DNA of 64,000 nt from Ignavibacteriales bacterium (GCA_016218025.1 JACRFD010000073.1:4001-68000), one strand, 5' to 3'; shown: positions 38,424 to 48,808, counted from the stretch's first letter. Program-made: numbers and translations. Notes: a model not told the origin generated them from the sequence alone.

Positions 38424-41400
38424 GTGAAGAAATTAAATTTAATTATACCTCTTCTTATATTCGTTCCAATTTTTATTTATGGGCAAGAAAAATTTCAACT
38501 TCAATTTGATCATTCTCTAAATTCCATAAATCACTTTCAGCTTGTAGCAGAAGTAAAACCCGAATCACTGCTGAACATTTTAGCCGTGATGGTTGAATTT
38601 CAACCAGATAACGATTCTCGTACTACCGGAAATGGGGCTTTCGATCTAAGAGACACTTCTAAAAAATTTTTGGATGCTCCACCTCACGAAAGAAATTACT
38701 TCTATCACCATCTGACATTTTTAAAAAATTATTATCGAAAAGTTTCAAAAGGAAAACTGAATATCACATTTAAATTGATGGATTCCGTTTATCGGCTTCC
38801 CCATGAAATGAGACATTACAGTCCGCCTAAAAATAGTAAAACCAACATGGAACTTGGGTGGTTGGTTTATGATACATGGAAGAGTGTTGATTCCATTGCC
38901 TCGGCAACAGATCAACAGATTAATTATTCCGACTATAATGCTTTTCTGATATTCCATGCAGGGGTTGGCAGAGATATTGATCTTGTCTCATTGTATGGAT
39001 ATGATCCAACACCGTACGATTTACCGTCGCTGTATGTAAATTTTAAAACAATGTTCACCGATTCTTTATCGAATGGAGTTCCTGTTGGTGGAGGGAGTTA
39101 TTATATAACTAATTCGATGGTATTGCCTGAAACAGAAACACGAGAACAGGTGCCGTTCCCGTTGGGCATCAACGGTTTGCTCGTTGCGTCAGTTGCAAGC
39201 AGGTTAGGATTACCGGATCTGTTTAATACCAAAAATGGACGGTCTGCAATCGGCCGATTCGGCTTGATGGATGGACAGGCAATTTTCAGTTGGAACGGAG
39301 CCTTTCCGCCGGAACCGAGTGCATGGGAAAAACAATATCTCGGTTGGATTAATCCTGTTGAAGTTAAATCTTCGGATTCAATATTTAATTTGTCGGCGAA
39401 ATCATTAATTAACAGTGTCGATACTACTTTAAAAGTTAATATCAGCGCCGGGGAATATTTTCTTCTGGAAAATAGAGACCGTGATGCGAATCGTGATGGA
39501 GCTATAATAACAATGGTAGTTGGTAACGATACAATACAAAAACATTGGCTCAGAGATACTCTGAATTTTAATTCGATCGATTTAGATTCGTTATATGGAT
39601 CAATTATTGATGTTGATGAATTCGATTGGAGTTTACCGGGCGGAGTTGATTCGCGAACAAAAATATTTTATCATGGTGGAATTCTAATCTGGCATATCGA
39701 TGAATCAATAATCAACTCGAACTTGGAAACAAATTCAATCAATGCCGATCCGAAACGAAGAGGCGTTAATCTGATGGAAGCAGACGGCTCTCCTGATATC
39801 GGTCAGTCGTACGATCTTCTGCATCCCGGCTCGGGTAGTGAAAGCGGAACAGCGCTTGATTTTTGGTTTGACGGAAATTCAGCACCACTCAGAAAATACG
39901 ACACAACCGGTTTTAATCCAACTTCCTATCCGAACAGTATGAGTAATGCGGGAGCGAATAGTCATATTTATATCAATCACTTTTCGGAATCCGGACCAAG
40001 GATGAGTGTTAGAGTACGAATCGGAGATAACGAAATTTCACCACTGAGCAACTTCCCAAAATTTTTAAATACCGGTTTCAGATGTAATTCAATTACATCC
40101 CTAAGTCCTGAGTATGGAAATGCCGGAATTATATTAACTGCCAATCCGGTTTCTGCCACTCATGATTCAGCCGGATATCAACCACCTGCAATTTATGGCT
40201 GGAATTTTGACGGCTCTCCGCTTGTTAATCAAGTTGAATCAACACCATTACTTCAATCAATTCAACTCTTAGATGGAAAATTTTTCGGAAAACTTGCAGT
40301 CGGCGATTTTTCAGATGATTTGGTGAAAGAACTTGCAGGAGGGGTTGTTACAAACAACATGGATCAAAAAAGTATTTTGTCTTTTTGGGCACTTCGAGAT
40401 ACTCAACCCGACGATATGTTAGATACGATTTATTCCTATTCAATCTTGAAGCAGATATCAACTTCGCCGGTTGTTTCCGACTCATTCATTGTGTATGGAA
40501 CAAAAACCGGTTTAATGTATCTAGTTAATAAAGGAATTAATTTATCAGTAGCCGACAGTATACATGTTTTCGATTCAACGGAAATTGTTGGGATAACACT
40601 TATTGGTTCAAATCAATTTGCTGTGCTTTCAGCAATGGGTGAGATGAGAATCGTTTCACTATACACAGATCAAGTACTAAGTGATATTAAACATTTCGGT
40701 TATCGGTTTAATAGTCCTGCAGCGTCAGGATTATTATCGGGAAGTGATTATTGGAAAAATGAAATTGGAAACTGTATTACATTTGTATCTTCCGATGGTT
40801 ATGTTTTTCTAACAGATTCAAAATTGAACCTGTTGAAAGGATTCCCGGTCTCAACGAACGGTGTTGTAAGTAATGCACCGGCAATCGGAGATGTGGATGG
40901 TGACAACATAAAAGATATTGTTTTGTTTTCAGACAATAAGATATTTGCTGTTAATGCAACAGGTGCTATACTCGATAATTTTCCGATTACAGTGACTACA
41001 GAAAAACCGATTTTATCTTCCCCTGTTTTGGGCGATGTTAATGGTGATGGGTTAACCGACATTGTAGCGGTGACACAGGAAGGACTTGTGGTTGCGTACA
41101 GTAAAACGGGTAGAATGACAGAAGGTTTTCCGTTACTGAGCGGACCGAACAGCGGATCAACTCCTGCAATATTCTATTTAAGCAGTATATGTCTCAGTTG
41201 TACAGATATTGGATTGGCAGTGGGATCGGATGATGGTTATTTGTATGCATGGCAGACAGGCAGTTTACCTTCTGGATTATTGGCACCACCTGTTCTACCC
41301 TGGCCCCAATATTTACACGACGCACGAAATACCGGATTAAGCTCAGATGTTTATCTTCCAACTTCAAAAAGCAGCAATTTTATGCCTCAGGATCGTGCTT

Positions 41401-41669
41401 ATAATTGGCCCAACCCGGTGACTGCCAAAGATGATTTTAAAACTCATTTCAGGTATTACACCGCTACAGATGCGAATGTTAAAATAAAAATTATAGATCA
41501 AGCGGGTGATCTTGTTACTCAATTCGATGTCCATTCCATAGGTGGTATTGATAATGAATTTGTCTGGGATGCTTCCGGATTGCAAAGCGGAATATATTTT
41601 GTTCATCTGGATGCAACCGGTTCCATGCAGAGCGGACACTCAATTTTTAAAATGGCTATTATCCGGTAA
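38424..41669 (+). CDS. M6 (InhA)-like domain protein with a degenerate zinc site, FG-GAP/VCBS repeats and a T9SS CTD (start moved to GTG 38424)
   Basis: VKKLNLIIPLLIFVPIFIYGQ is a signal peptide. VASVASRLGLPDLFNT occupies the position of the family's HEFGHDLGLPDEYD motif. GDVDGDNIKDIVLF and GDVNGDGLTDIVAV repeats. C-terminus NWPNPV...SGIYFVHLDA...FKMAIIR. Confidence 0.65.
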   Translation: MKKLNLIIPLLIFVPIFIYGQEKFQLQFDHSLNSINHFQLVAEVKPESLLNILAVMVEFQPDNDSRTTGNGAFDLRDTSKKFLDAPPHERNYFYHHLTFLKNYYRKVSKGKLNITFKLMDSVYRLPHEMRHYSPPKNSKTNMELGWLVYDTWKSVDSIASATDQQINYSDYNAFLIFHAGVGRDIDLVSLYGYDPTPYDLPSLYVNFKTMFTDSLSNGVPVGGGSYYITNSMVLPETETREQVPFPLGINGLLVASVASRLGLPDLFNTKNGRSAIGRFGLMDGQAIFSWNGAFPPEPSAWEKQYLGWINPVEVKSSDSIFNLSAKSLINSVDTTLKVNISAGEYFLLENRDRDANRDGAIITMVVGNDTIQKHWLRDTLNFNSIDLDSLYGSIIDVDEFDWSLPGGVDSRTKIFYHGGILIWHIDESIINSNLETNSINADPKRRGVNLMEADGSPDIGQSYDLLHPGSGSESGTALDFWFDGNSAPLRKYDTTGFNPTSYPNSMSNAGANSHIYINHFSESGPRMSVRVRIGDNEISPLSNFPKFLNTGFRCNSITSLSPEYGNAGIILTANPVSATHDSAGYQPPAIYGWNFDGSPLVNQVESTPLLQSIQLLDGKFFGKLAVGDFSDDLVKELAGGVVTNNMDQKSILSFWALRDTQPDDMLDTIYSYSILKQISTSPVVSDSFIVYGTKTGLMYLVNKGINLSVADSIHVFDSTEIVGITLIGSNQFAVLSAMGEMRIVSLYTDQVLSDIKHFGYRFNSPAASGLLSGSDYWKNEIGNCITFVSSDGYVFLTDSKLNLLKGFPVSTNGVVSNAPAIGDVDGDNIKDIVLFSDNKIFAVNATGAILDNFPITVTTEKPILSSPVLGDVNGDGLTDIVAVTQEGLVVAYSKTGRMTEGFPLLSGPNSGSTPAIFYLSSICLSCTDIGLAVGSDDGYLYAWQTGSLPSGLLAPPVLPWPQYLHDARNTGLSSDVYLPTSKSSNFMPQDRAYNWPNPVTAKDDFKTHFRYYTATDANVKIKIIDQAGDLVTQFDVHSIGGIDNEFVWDASGLQSGIYFVHLDATGSMQSGHSIFKMAIIR

Positions 41670-41675
41670 TTATCT

Positions 41676-42335
41676 GTGCGGCTCGCATTTCCTCTTATTT
41701 TTTTTCTCTTCATTGCTTCATGCCGTGATGTAGAATCTCCATCAGATCTTGGTAAAATAGATGGTTACGAAGTATCAGGAAAGGTCACTAATGACAGTGG
41801 AATTCCAAGAGATAGTGTTATGGTGAGTTTATATTATTATTATGATTATCTTGGGAATCAACAACTCGATACGATTCCGGTTATAATTACCGATACCACT
41901 CAGATTCTAGATGTTTCAATTTTATCCGTCAAGTCCGACACTGTCATAAATATTTATCACGGCAGAATTAAAAATTTAGGTCCGCTTTATAAAATGTACT
42001 GGAATGGACGTGATAAAAATAATAAACCGGTTCCGAGCGGTTTATATTACATGACATTTTCGCTCGATAGTTTATTCATTAAGCGCAATTCTTTAATTAT
42101 CGATGGAAATATCACTACTTATACCGATCAATATGGTAGATTTAAAATCACGAATGCTAATTTACCTGTCGGTGAATTGTTCGATGCCTATAACGACGAT
42201 GGTTCATTTTACGGTGTGTTGAAAGTTGAACCGAAGTTAGCCTTGACCTTATCAAAAGGAAGCAGCTACTCAGAATTTGAATCTATTTTTTTAAAATTTA
42301 ATTCAGTTACTAAAATCGCATTGACATTAAATTAA
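41676..42335 (+). CDS. Lipoprotein with an FlgD-Ig/CTD-like fold segment (GTG start)
   Basis: Lipobox FLFIASCRD. WNGRDKNNKPVPSGLYYMTF resembles the FlgD Ig-like motif. It starts 6 nt after the preceding stop. Confidence 0.5.
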   Translation: MRLAFPLIFFLFIASCRDVESPSDLGKIDGYEVSGKVTNDSGIPRDSVMVSLYYYYDYLGNQQLDTIPVIITDTTQILDVSILSVKSDTVINIYHGRIKNLGPLYKMYWNGRDKNNKPVPSGLYYMTFSLDSLFIKRNSLIIDGNITTYTDQYGRFKITNANLPVGELFDAYNDDGSFYGVLKVEPKLALTLSKGSSYSEFESIFLKFNSVTKIALTLN

Positions 42336-42341
42336 TTTCTC

Positions 42342-45300
42342 ATGAAATATTATTCGATATTATTTCTCATTTTAACCTTCACTCTGAATATTTTTGGTCA
42401 GGATGATTTCTATCATCCCGAACTTGAATGGCGTACGATTTCAACGGAACATTTTAATGTCCACTTTCACGGTGGAGTAGAACGGACAGCTCATGTCGTA
42501 GCAAAAATAGCAGAAGATATTTTTGAACCCATTACAACATTTTATAACTATAAACCTGATGGGAAAATAAATTTCATCATGAAAGATTATGATGATTTTT
42601 CAAATGGTGCTACTTATTTCTTCGATAATAAAATCGAAATCTGGGCATCCGCTCTCGACTTTGATTTGCGCGGTTCGCATAATTGGCTGAGAAATGTGAT
42701 CACTCACGAATTTACTCACATGATTCAAATTCAAACTACGCTAAAATTCAGCCGCAAGGTTCCTGCATTTTACTTGCAGTGGCTTCAGTATGAATCGGAG
42801 CGAAGGACTGATGTACTTTACGGTTACCCGAACGGAATAGTTTCATATCCGGTTTCAGGATTTGTCGTTCCTGCATGGTTTGCCGAAGGAGTTGCCCAGT
42901 ATAACAGAAGAGAATTCGCATACGATTGGTGGGATTCTCATCGTGATATGATATTGAGAATGTATATCCTCGATGGAAATATGTTATCATGGAATCAGAT
43001 GGCAACATTCGGAAAAACAAGCCTCGGGAATGAATCGGCGTATAATTCCGGTTTTGCACTTGTACGATATATTGCGGAACATTACGGTGAAGAAAAGCTT
43101 TCTGAGATTTCTCATAACCTGAAATCATTAACTGCATTCTCAATCGATGGGGCGATTGAAAAAGCGATCGGAAAAAGCGGGAAGGAGCTTTATTCGGAGT
43201 GGATAGATTATTTACGACATGATTATAATGAGCGGATTTCAGCCGTGAAAGAAACGGCTGTGTCCGGAGAAATTATCGGTGGTGTTGGATTCGGAAATTT
43301 TTATCCGCACTTTTCACCCGACGGGAAATCTATTGCTTATATAAGTAACAAAGAATCGGATTATTTGGGAACATCGTCTCTGTATCTCTATGATATAGAG
43401 AATAAAAAAGAAAAATTATTAAAAGGTGGAGTCCGCTCGAATTTATCCTGGTCGCCGGATGGGAAACGAATTTATTATTCTAAAATAACACGCGATAATC
43501 CGCACTGGTCAAACTTATTTGATATTTACTATTATGATTTTTCAGAAGAAACGGAAGCCCGGCTCACCAAGGGTTTGCGTGCAGATGCACCATCTGTTTC
43601 ACCCGATGGAAAATATATCGTGTATGTTGCCGGCGAAGATGGAACATTGAACCTTTATAAAATGGATATTGACGGGAAAAATATTATCAAACTCACGAAT
43701 TATAAAGATGGCGAACAAATATTCAATCCATCATGGTCTCCGGATGGAACAACATTCATATTTGATTATTCCATAGGAGACGGAAGAGATATCGCAACAA
43801 TTCCGGTCTCCGGCGGAGAAGTATCGTTTGTAATAGCTACTCAGGATGACGAGCGAAATGGCGTATTCAGTCCAGACGGAAAAAGTGTGATCTTTTCAAG
43901 CGACATGACCGGTATATTCAATATTTATGAATATGAAATCGAAACAAAACAAACATTACAAAAGACAAATGTACTTGGCGGAGCTTTCATGCCGGCAGTT
44001 ACCGGCGACGGACAAATTGCATTTGCATTATATACTTCCACCGGTTATAAAATATCATACATGCAAACAATGCAATGTATGACAAAATCACCATCATACA
44101 TTAAGCTGTCCAAACCTCAATTATCATTCGGCGATAGTTCAAAATTATCTCTTTTTAAATGGAATTCATTAAGAGAGTATGACGATACAAAATTACCAGA
44201 TTTCAAAGAAGGTGAATACAAAGCATCATCGTCAGGTTTATCGTTTATACCTTTTCTGCGAGTTGACAATTACAATCCGAAAAACAAAGGAATCGATATT
44301 CTAAAATTAGGATTGTATGTTTATTCATATGATGTATTAGATAGATATGGGTTCTTTGCCGGTGGTGCTATCAACAAGAAAGGTGAGAGAGATCTATTTT
44401 TCACATTTGATTATCGCGGGAAAGTGCCTGGACTTTTTCAACTTGGGGTAGAGCCGACTGTGGCATTCGAAGCATATAACATTAATCGAAAAACAAGTGC
44501 ATCTATTGGTTTACCGGAAGATACTTTGTCGGTTGGCGTAACATATAATTTACTTGAATTTGATGTCGTACTGCGTCATAAGTTATTTATTGAAAATCTT
44601 GATCTTGAATTGCGGTATGCTCACAGCAGATACAGTGCATCGATAGGATCTTTTACCCTTCAGGACCTAGGGGCGCTTGTTCCTGCGTTCAGCGATTTGT
44701 ATTTGATCGGTAATAATCTTTCAGCTAATTTTGAATTCAAATTGTTAGCGCCCTCGAGAACAATGGAGATAAATCCTGTCGGACGAAAAATCAGAATTAA
44801 ATATGAATTCGAAAGTAATAAATTCAATCCAACCGGAGAATATGCGTATGAAAACGGTGCACTGATTCCTCAATTTCAACAAGTAAAATTTCATCGTATT
44901 GATGCCCGTTGGACTGAATCTATAAAATTACCCGGATGGAAGCATGTGTTGACCGCGCAACTGAGAGGGGGAACAATTTTTGGCCCACCTCAGGATAATT
45001 TTTTTAATTATTACATCGGCGGCCTAGCGGGTATGAAAGGATATACTTTCTATTCCTTGGGCGGTAACGAGTATGCTATGGCAAACGCGACATACAGGTT
45101 CCCGATTATACAAGATATTGATATAAAATTATTTCATTTGATATTTAATCACTTGTATGGTGCGGTTTACGGGGATATAGGAAATGCTTGGACGGGTGGA
45201 GGGTTATCGAATAAAAAATACAAACGCGATGCAGGGCTGGAATTACGGCTCGAAGCTTTTTCGTATTATGTGTTCCCGACAAGAATATTTATGAATGCAA

Positions 45301-45413
45301 CTTACGGTTTCGATACATTTAATTATCAAATGGAAACTACAAAAAAAATTGTTACTTATGGTAAAGAGTGGAACTTCCATTTCGGTGTTCTTTTTGGCTT
45401 TGATTTAGATTGA
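42342..45413 (+). CDS. Fusion protein: HExxH (MA-clan-like) domain + TolB-type PD40 beta-propeller + C-terminal Omp85/surface-antigen-like barrel
   Basis: HEFTH at 42705-42719. PD40 repeats FSPDGKSIAYIS, WSPDGKRIYYS, VSPDGKYIVYV, WSPDGTTFIF and FSPDGKSVIFSS. C-terminal YYIGGLAGMKGYTF...GAVYGDIGNAW...RDAGLELRLE. Confidence 0.7.
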   Translation: MKYYSILFLILTFTLNIFGQDDFYHPELEWRTISTEHFNVHFHGGVERTAHVVAKIAEDIFEPITTFYNYKPDGKINFIMKDYDDFSNGATYFFDNKIEIWASALDFDLRGSHNWLRNVITHEFTHMIQIQTTLKFSRKVPAFYLQWLQYESERRTDVLYGYPNGIVSYPVSGFVVPAWFAEGVAQYNRREFAYDWWDSHRDMILRMYILDGNMLSWNQMATFGKTSLGNESAYNSGFALVRYIAEHYGEEKLSEISHNLKSLTAFSIDGAIEKAIGKSGKELYSEWIDYLRHDYNERISAVKETAVSGEIIGGVGFGNFYPHFSPDGKSIAYISNKESDYLGTSSLYLYDIENKKEKLLKGGVRSNLSWSPDGKRIYYSKITRDNPHWSNLFDIYYYDFSEETEARLTKGLRADAPSVSPDGKYIVYVAGEDGTLNLYKMDIDGKNIIKLTNYKDGEQIFNPSWSPDGTTFIFDYSIGDGRDIATIPVSGGEVSFVIATQDDERNGVFSPDGKSVIFSSDMTGIFNIYEYEIETKQTLQKTNVLGGAFMPAVTGDGQIAFALYTSTGYKISYMQTMQCMTKSPSYIKLSKPQLSFGDSSKLSLFKWNSLREYDDTKLPDFKEGEYKASSSGLSFIPFLRVDNYNPKNKGIDILKLGLYVYSYDVLDRYGFFAGGAINKKGERDLFFTFDYRGKVPGLFQLGVEPTVAFEAYNINRKTSASIGLPEDTLSVGVTYNLLEFDVVLRHKLFIENLDLELRYAHSRYSASIGSFTLQDLGALVPAFSDLYLIGNNLSANFEFKLLAPSRTMEINPVGRKIRIKYEFESNKFNPTGEYAYENGALIPQFQQVKFHRIDARWTESIKLPGWKHVLTAQLRGGTIFGPPQDNFFNYYIGGLAGMKGYTFYSLGGNEYAMANATYRFPIIQDIDIKLFHLIFNHLYGAVYGDIGNAWTGGGLSNKKYKRDAGLELRLEAFSYYVFPTRIFMNATYGFDTFNYQMETTKKIVTYGKEWNFHFGVLFGFDLD

Positions 45414-45430
45414 AGAAAGGGTTTTAGTTA

Positions 45431-46330
45431 ATGAAACAATTAACGATTCTAACAATATTGATAACATTTGCTCTTGGGCGAGGATTCTCTCAGCAAGATT
45501 CATCGATATATTTAACAGGTAATTCTGATGTAGATTTTTTTGGGTCAACCGTTTTGTTAAAACCTCTATCCGCCAATATTTCAATGATGCAAGAAGATAA
45601 TTCACCGCCATCAGAAAAATCTCCATGGCTTGCGGCTGCCATGTCTCTGCTTGTTCCCGGAACCGGTGAATTATATTCAGAAAGTTACACTAAAGGAGGA
45701 ATTTTCCTAGGGGTTGAAGTGGCATCGTGGATCATAGCCGGTGTTTATAATAGCAAAGGTAATAAACAAACCGAATGGTTTAAAAAATATGCTAATGAGC
45801 ATTATAGCCCTGTACGGTATGCCGAGTGGGTTTGGCGAAATATCGGATCACTTGCCCCCGGATTAGATACGACCTCTTATCATTTGTATTACAGACCTCC
45901 GGTTGGTGCCGAAGCTCCGCCGTTTGATTGTTTAGCATGGCCCGAGCTTAACAGGTTGGAGGGTGAGATTTCATCGTTTACTCACCGGCTACCTTTGTAT
46001 GGTGAACAACAATATTTTGAGTTGATAGGTAAATATAAACAATTCAGTAAAGGTTGGGATTCGGAAGATCCGTATGAACCGGATCATTTGACTCCAGGCG
46101 ATCAATTTTATTATTACGGTGTAGAATTTAATAAAGCTGATCACTATTATAAGATTTCAGATTTATTCATTTCTGTTATCATCGTGAATCATATAGTTAG
46201 TGCTTTTGATGCATATTTGACTGCATCAAAATATAATAATTCACTACATGCAGATGTGCAATTGAAAATGCAACCGACAATTTATGGTATGATGCCGACT
46301 GCCCAGGCGAATTTAAGTTATACTTTTTAA
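45431..46330 (+). CDS. Secreted/outer-membrane protein, DUF5683-like N-terminal segment
   Basis: Signal peptide. KSPWLAAAMSLLVPGTGELYSESYTKGG resembles the DUF5683 core. It ends in LSYTF, an aromatic OMP-type terminus. Confidence 0.4.
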   Translation: MKQLTILTILITFALGRGFSQQDSSIYLTGNSDVDFFGSTVLLKPLSANISMMQEDNSPPSEKSPWLAAAMSLLVPGTGELYSESYTKGGIFLGVEVASWIIAGVYNSKGNKQTEWFKKYANEHYSPVRYAEWVWRNIGSLAPGLDTTSYHLYYRPPVGAEAPPFDCLAWPELNRLEGEISSFTHRLPLYGEQQYFELIGKYKQFSKGWDSEDPYEPDHLTPGDQFYYYGVEFNKADHYYKISDLFISVIIVNHIVSAFDAYLTASKYNNSLHADVQLKMQPTIYGMMPTAQANLSYTF

Positions 46331-46334
46331 AAAT

Positions 46335-47420
46335 TTATTTTGGCACACGGAATAAAACAAATATTCCTGCGGCAAAGAAAACTATATTTGCCAGCCATGC
46401 AGTGAGCAAAGGGTGCAAATCTCCGTTGTATCCGAATGCCTGACTTACCTGCAGGAAAATCATATATAAAAATGAGATGCCAATAGCAATACCGAATTCA
46501 ACTCCCAATCCGCTTCGACGTTTGACAGATGAAAAAGGAACACCGAAAAGCACAACAATAACACTCGCAAACGGGAAAGCTATTTTCCCATAATAATCAA
46601 CCATCCATCTCGAAACTTCATGACCGGCTCGCTGTTGACTTACAATAAATTGCTTCAGGTCGGGGTAATTCATCTCCTCCGGTTTTTCCTGTTTCTTTTT
46701 TATATCATCAGGTGTGAAATTTAACATCCCGATATTATAAATATTGAAGTGGAAAAGATTTTCAGATTTTCCTTCGAACTTTCTCTCCGATCCGTTTATC
46801 AACTCCCATGTTTTGGTGCTATCGTTCCAACTCATTTCATTCGCATCGTAGCGTGAAAGCATTAATGTCGGATCGTTCGGATCGAAATCTTGTATGCTTA
46901 CTCTCATGGCAACATTTCTGGAATCATCGAACATACCGATTGATAGAATGCGCGTTTTTGAATCTTGTATAAAGATGTTACTTTTGGAAATAAATCTGAT
47001 GTCCTTCTGAAAATATCTTCGTCCTAATTCCACTTTTTTCTTGTTCGCGAAAGGGACCACCCAGCCGTTGAAGTAAATTGAGATTCCACTTACAAATAGT
47101 GCAAAAGCGAGCATAGGAACCATGAAGCGAAAGAGAGAGACTCCTCCGGATTTAAGTGCCGTCAATTCGTTATAAGTCGAAAGTCGTCCGGTGGTAAATA
47201 GTGCAGACAATAATATGGCAACCGGAGTCATGAGTTTTATGATTTCAGGAATAAAGAAAAGATAATATTCGACGACCATCCATAGAGATGCATTAGCATC
47301 AATGAAGTCATCGAGATTATCCATCAAGTTGACCGCAACGAAAATAATGGTGATTGCCAAGAGCGAAAATGCCGATGTCAGAACAAATTGCCGAAGAATA
47401 TATCTGTCGAGTTTTGTCAT
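46335..47420 (-). CDS. lptG: LPS export permease LptG-like (YjgP/YjgQ family); start moved to MTKLDRYILRQF
   Basis: Canonical LDRYI(L/V) N-terminus. ATGA overlap with the upstream lptF stop at 47417-47420. Confidence 0.8.
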   Translation of the reverse strand: MTKLDRYILRQFVLTSAFSLLAITIIFVAVNLMDNLDDFIDANASLWMVVEYYLFFIPEIIKLMTPVAILLSALFTTGRLSTYNELTALKSGGVSLFRFMVPMLAFALFVSGISIYFNGWVVPFANKKKVELGRRYFQKDIRFISKSNIFIQDSKTRILSIGMFDDSRNVAMRVSIQDFDPNDPTLMLSRYDANEMSWNDSTKTWELINGSERKFEGKSENLFHFNIYNIGMLNFTPDDIKKKQEKPEEMNYPDLKQFIVSQQRAGHEVSRWMVDYYGKIAFPFASVIVVLFGVPFSSVKRRSGLGVEFGIAIGISFLYMIFLQVSQAFGYNGDLHPLLTAWLANIVFFAAGIFVLFRVPK

Positions 47421-48808
47421 GTTCTTTCGAAACTGTTGAATTCCAATTTTTCTTGTGAGCGAAAAAATTTTGGCACAAATTTTTGCAATGCTTGCCAATT
47501 AATCGTAGGAGTTTCGCGTGCTGTCCTTATCGTAAGAAATACTCCAAGAATAAAGAGGAAAATATTCGCCATCCACATACCGAGCCACGGACTCATTATA
47601 TCCCGGTCGGCTAATTTCTCGCCGCCAATCAGGCATGCCCAGTAAATGATGAAAAACCCTAAACTGAATGTAGCAGCCACGCCAAATGTTCCCTTGCGTG
47701 CAATTATACCAAGAGGAACACCGACAAGAGCGAATACAAGACATGCAGCAGGAACAGAATATTTTTTATAAATCTCGACAAGAAATTCATCGATGCGTCT
47801 ATTATTATACTCGATTTGAGCTAACTGGTTGGATATGTTCATCTGATTGTTGCGTGCTTTGTTTAAAGCCGATGTTACGGATCTTTGGTAAATGTCGCTT
47901 TGGTTGGTTTTTGATAAGAAACCTCGCGGATCAAGAATTGCAGATCCATAAGATTGATCTTGTACATAAGTTTGCTTCTCGATCAGTTTATTTGCGGTTT
48001 CCAAACTGTCTACGATACCTTTCATCTCCTGTGAACTCATTTCTCTGTCGCTTCTGTCAAATGATCCGATACTTGATCTCTCGAATTCAAAACCTTCAGC
48101 ATCCATCAATATTCTGTGGCGTTCAAAACGCATTCGCTGGTATGGCTGTTTATTTTGACTGCCAAGCTGGTGAATCTCGCCGTTATATAAATCCATTACT
48201 AATTTTCTATAATCCGGTGTAAAAGAAACCTTTCCGTTTTCTGCAGTTACAACAATATTTATCGACGGATCGGTATAATCGTAAATTGTGATACCTTCAA
48301 GATTATTTGATTGTTCAAATGTTTTCCTTGCTAAAATACTGTATCCGGGTATGTCCTGAGAAAATAAACCAGCCTGAATAGTGAGAGTCGGTTTTGTCCG
48401 TCTGATGTCAATCATTAAAATTTTGAAGCGGTGGTTTGCCTCAGGCAAAATTTTATTATTGAATTCAATTAATAGATAAGTTAGCAATAAGGAAAATAAT
48501 ATTACGGGTGCAATCATACGGTATAAACTCATCCCGCTCGCTTTCATAGCTGTAATCTCATTTTGAGAAGACAATTTACCAAAAGCCATCAAAGTTGCAA
48601 CAAGAACCGCCATAGGTACAGCCAGAACAATCATCCATGAAAGACTTAACATCAGAAGTTCACCGATAACAAGCGGGCTTAATCCTTTTCCAACTAGTTG
48701 TTCAATTGCCCTCATTAGAAATTGAAGAAGAAAAATAAACATTAAAGTTAAGAAAGCAAAGAGGAAGGGCCCAATATGAGCTTTTAGTATATGGATGTAT
48801 AATTTCAT
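47417..48808 (-). CDS. lptF: LPS export permease LptF-like (YjgP/YjgQ family)
   Basis: 463 aa with 3+3 TM helices flanking a periplasmic domain. Paired with lptG. Confidence 0.8.
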   Translation of the reverse strand: MKLYIHILKAHIGPFLFAFLTLMFIFLLQFLMRAIEQLVGKGLSPLVIGELLMLSLSWMIVLAVPMAVLVATLMAFGKLSSQNEITAMKASGMSLYRMIAPVILFSLLLTYLLIEFNNKILPEANHRFKILMIDIRRTKPTLTIQAGLFSQDIPGYSILARKTFEQSNNLEGITIYDYTDPSINIVVTAENGKVSFTPDYRKLVMDLYNGEIHQLGSQNKQPYQRMRFERHRILMDAEGFEFERSSIGSFDRSDREMSSQEMKGIVDSLETANKLIEKQTYVQDQSYGSAILDPRGFLSKTNQSDIYQRSVTSALNKARNNQMNISNQLAQIEYNNRRIDEFLVEIYKKYSVPAACLVFALVGVPLGIIARKGTFGVAATFSLGFFIIYWACLIGGEKLADRDIMSPWLGMWMANIFLFILGVFLTIRTARETPTINWQALQKFVPKFFRSQEKLEFNSFERT

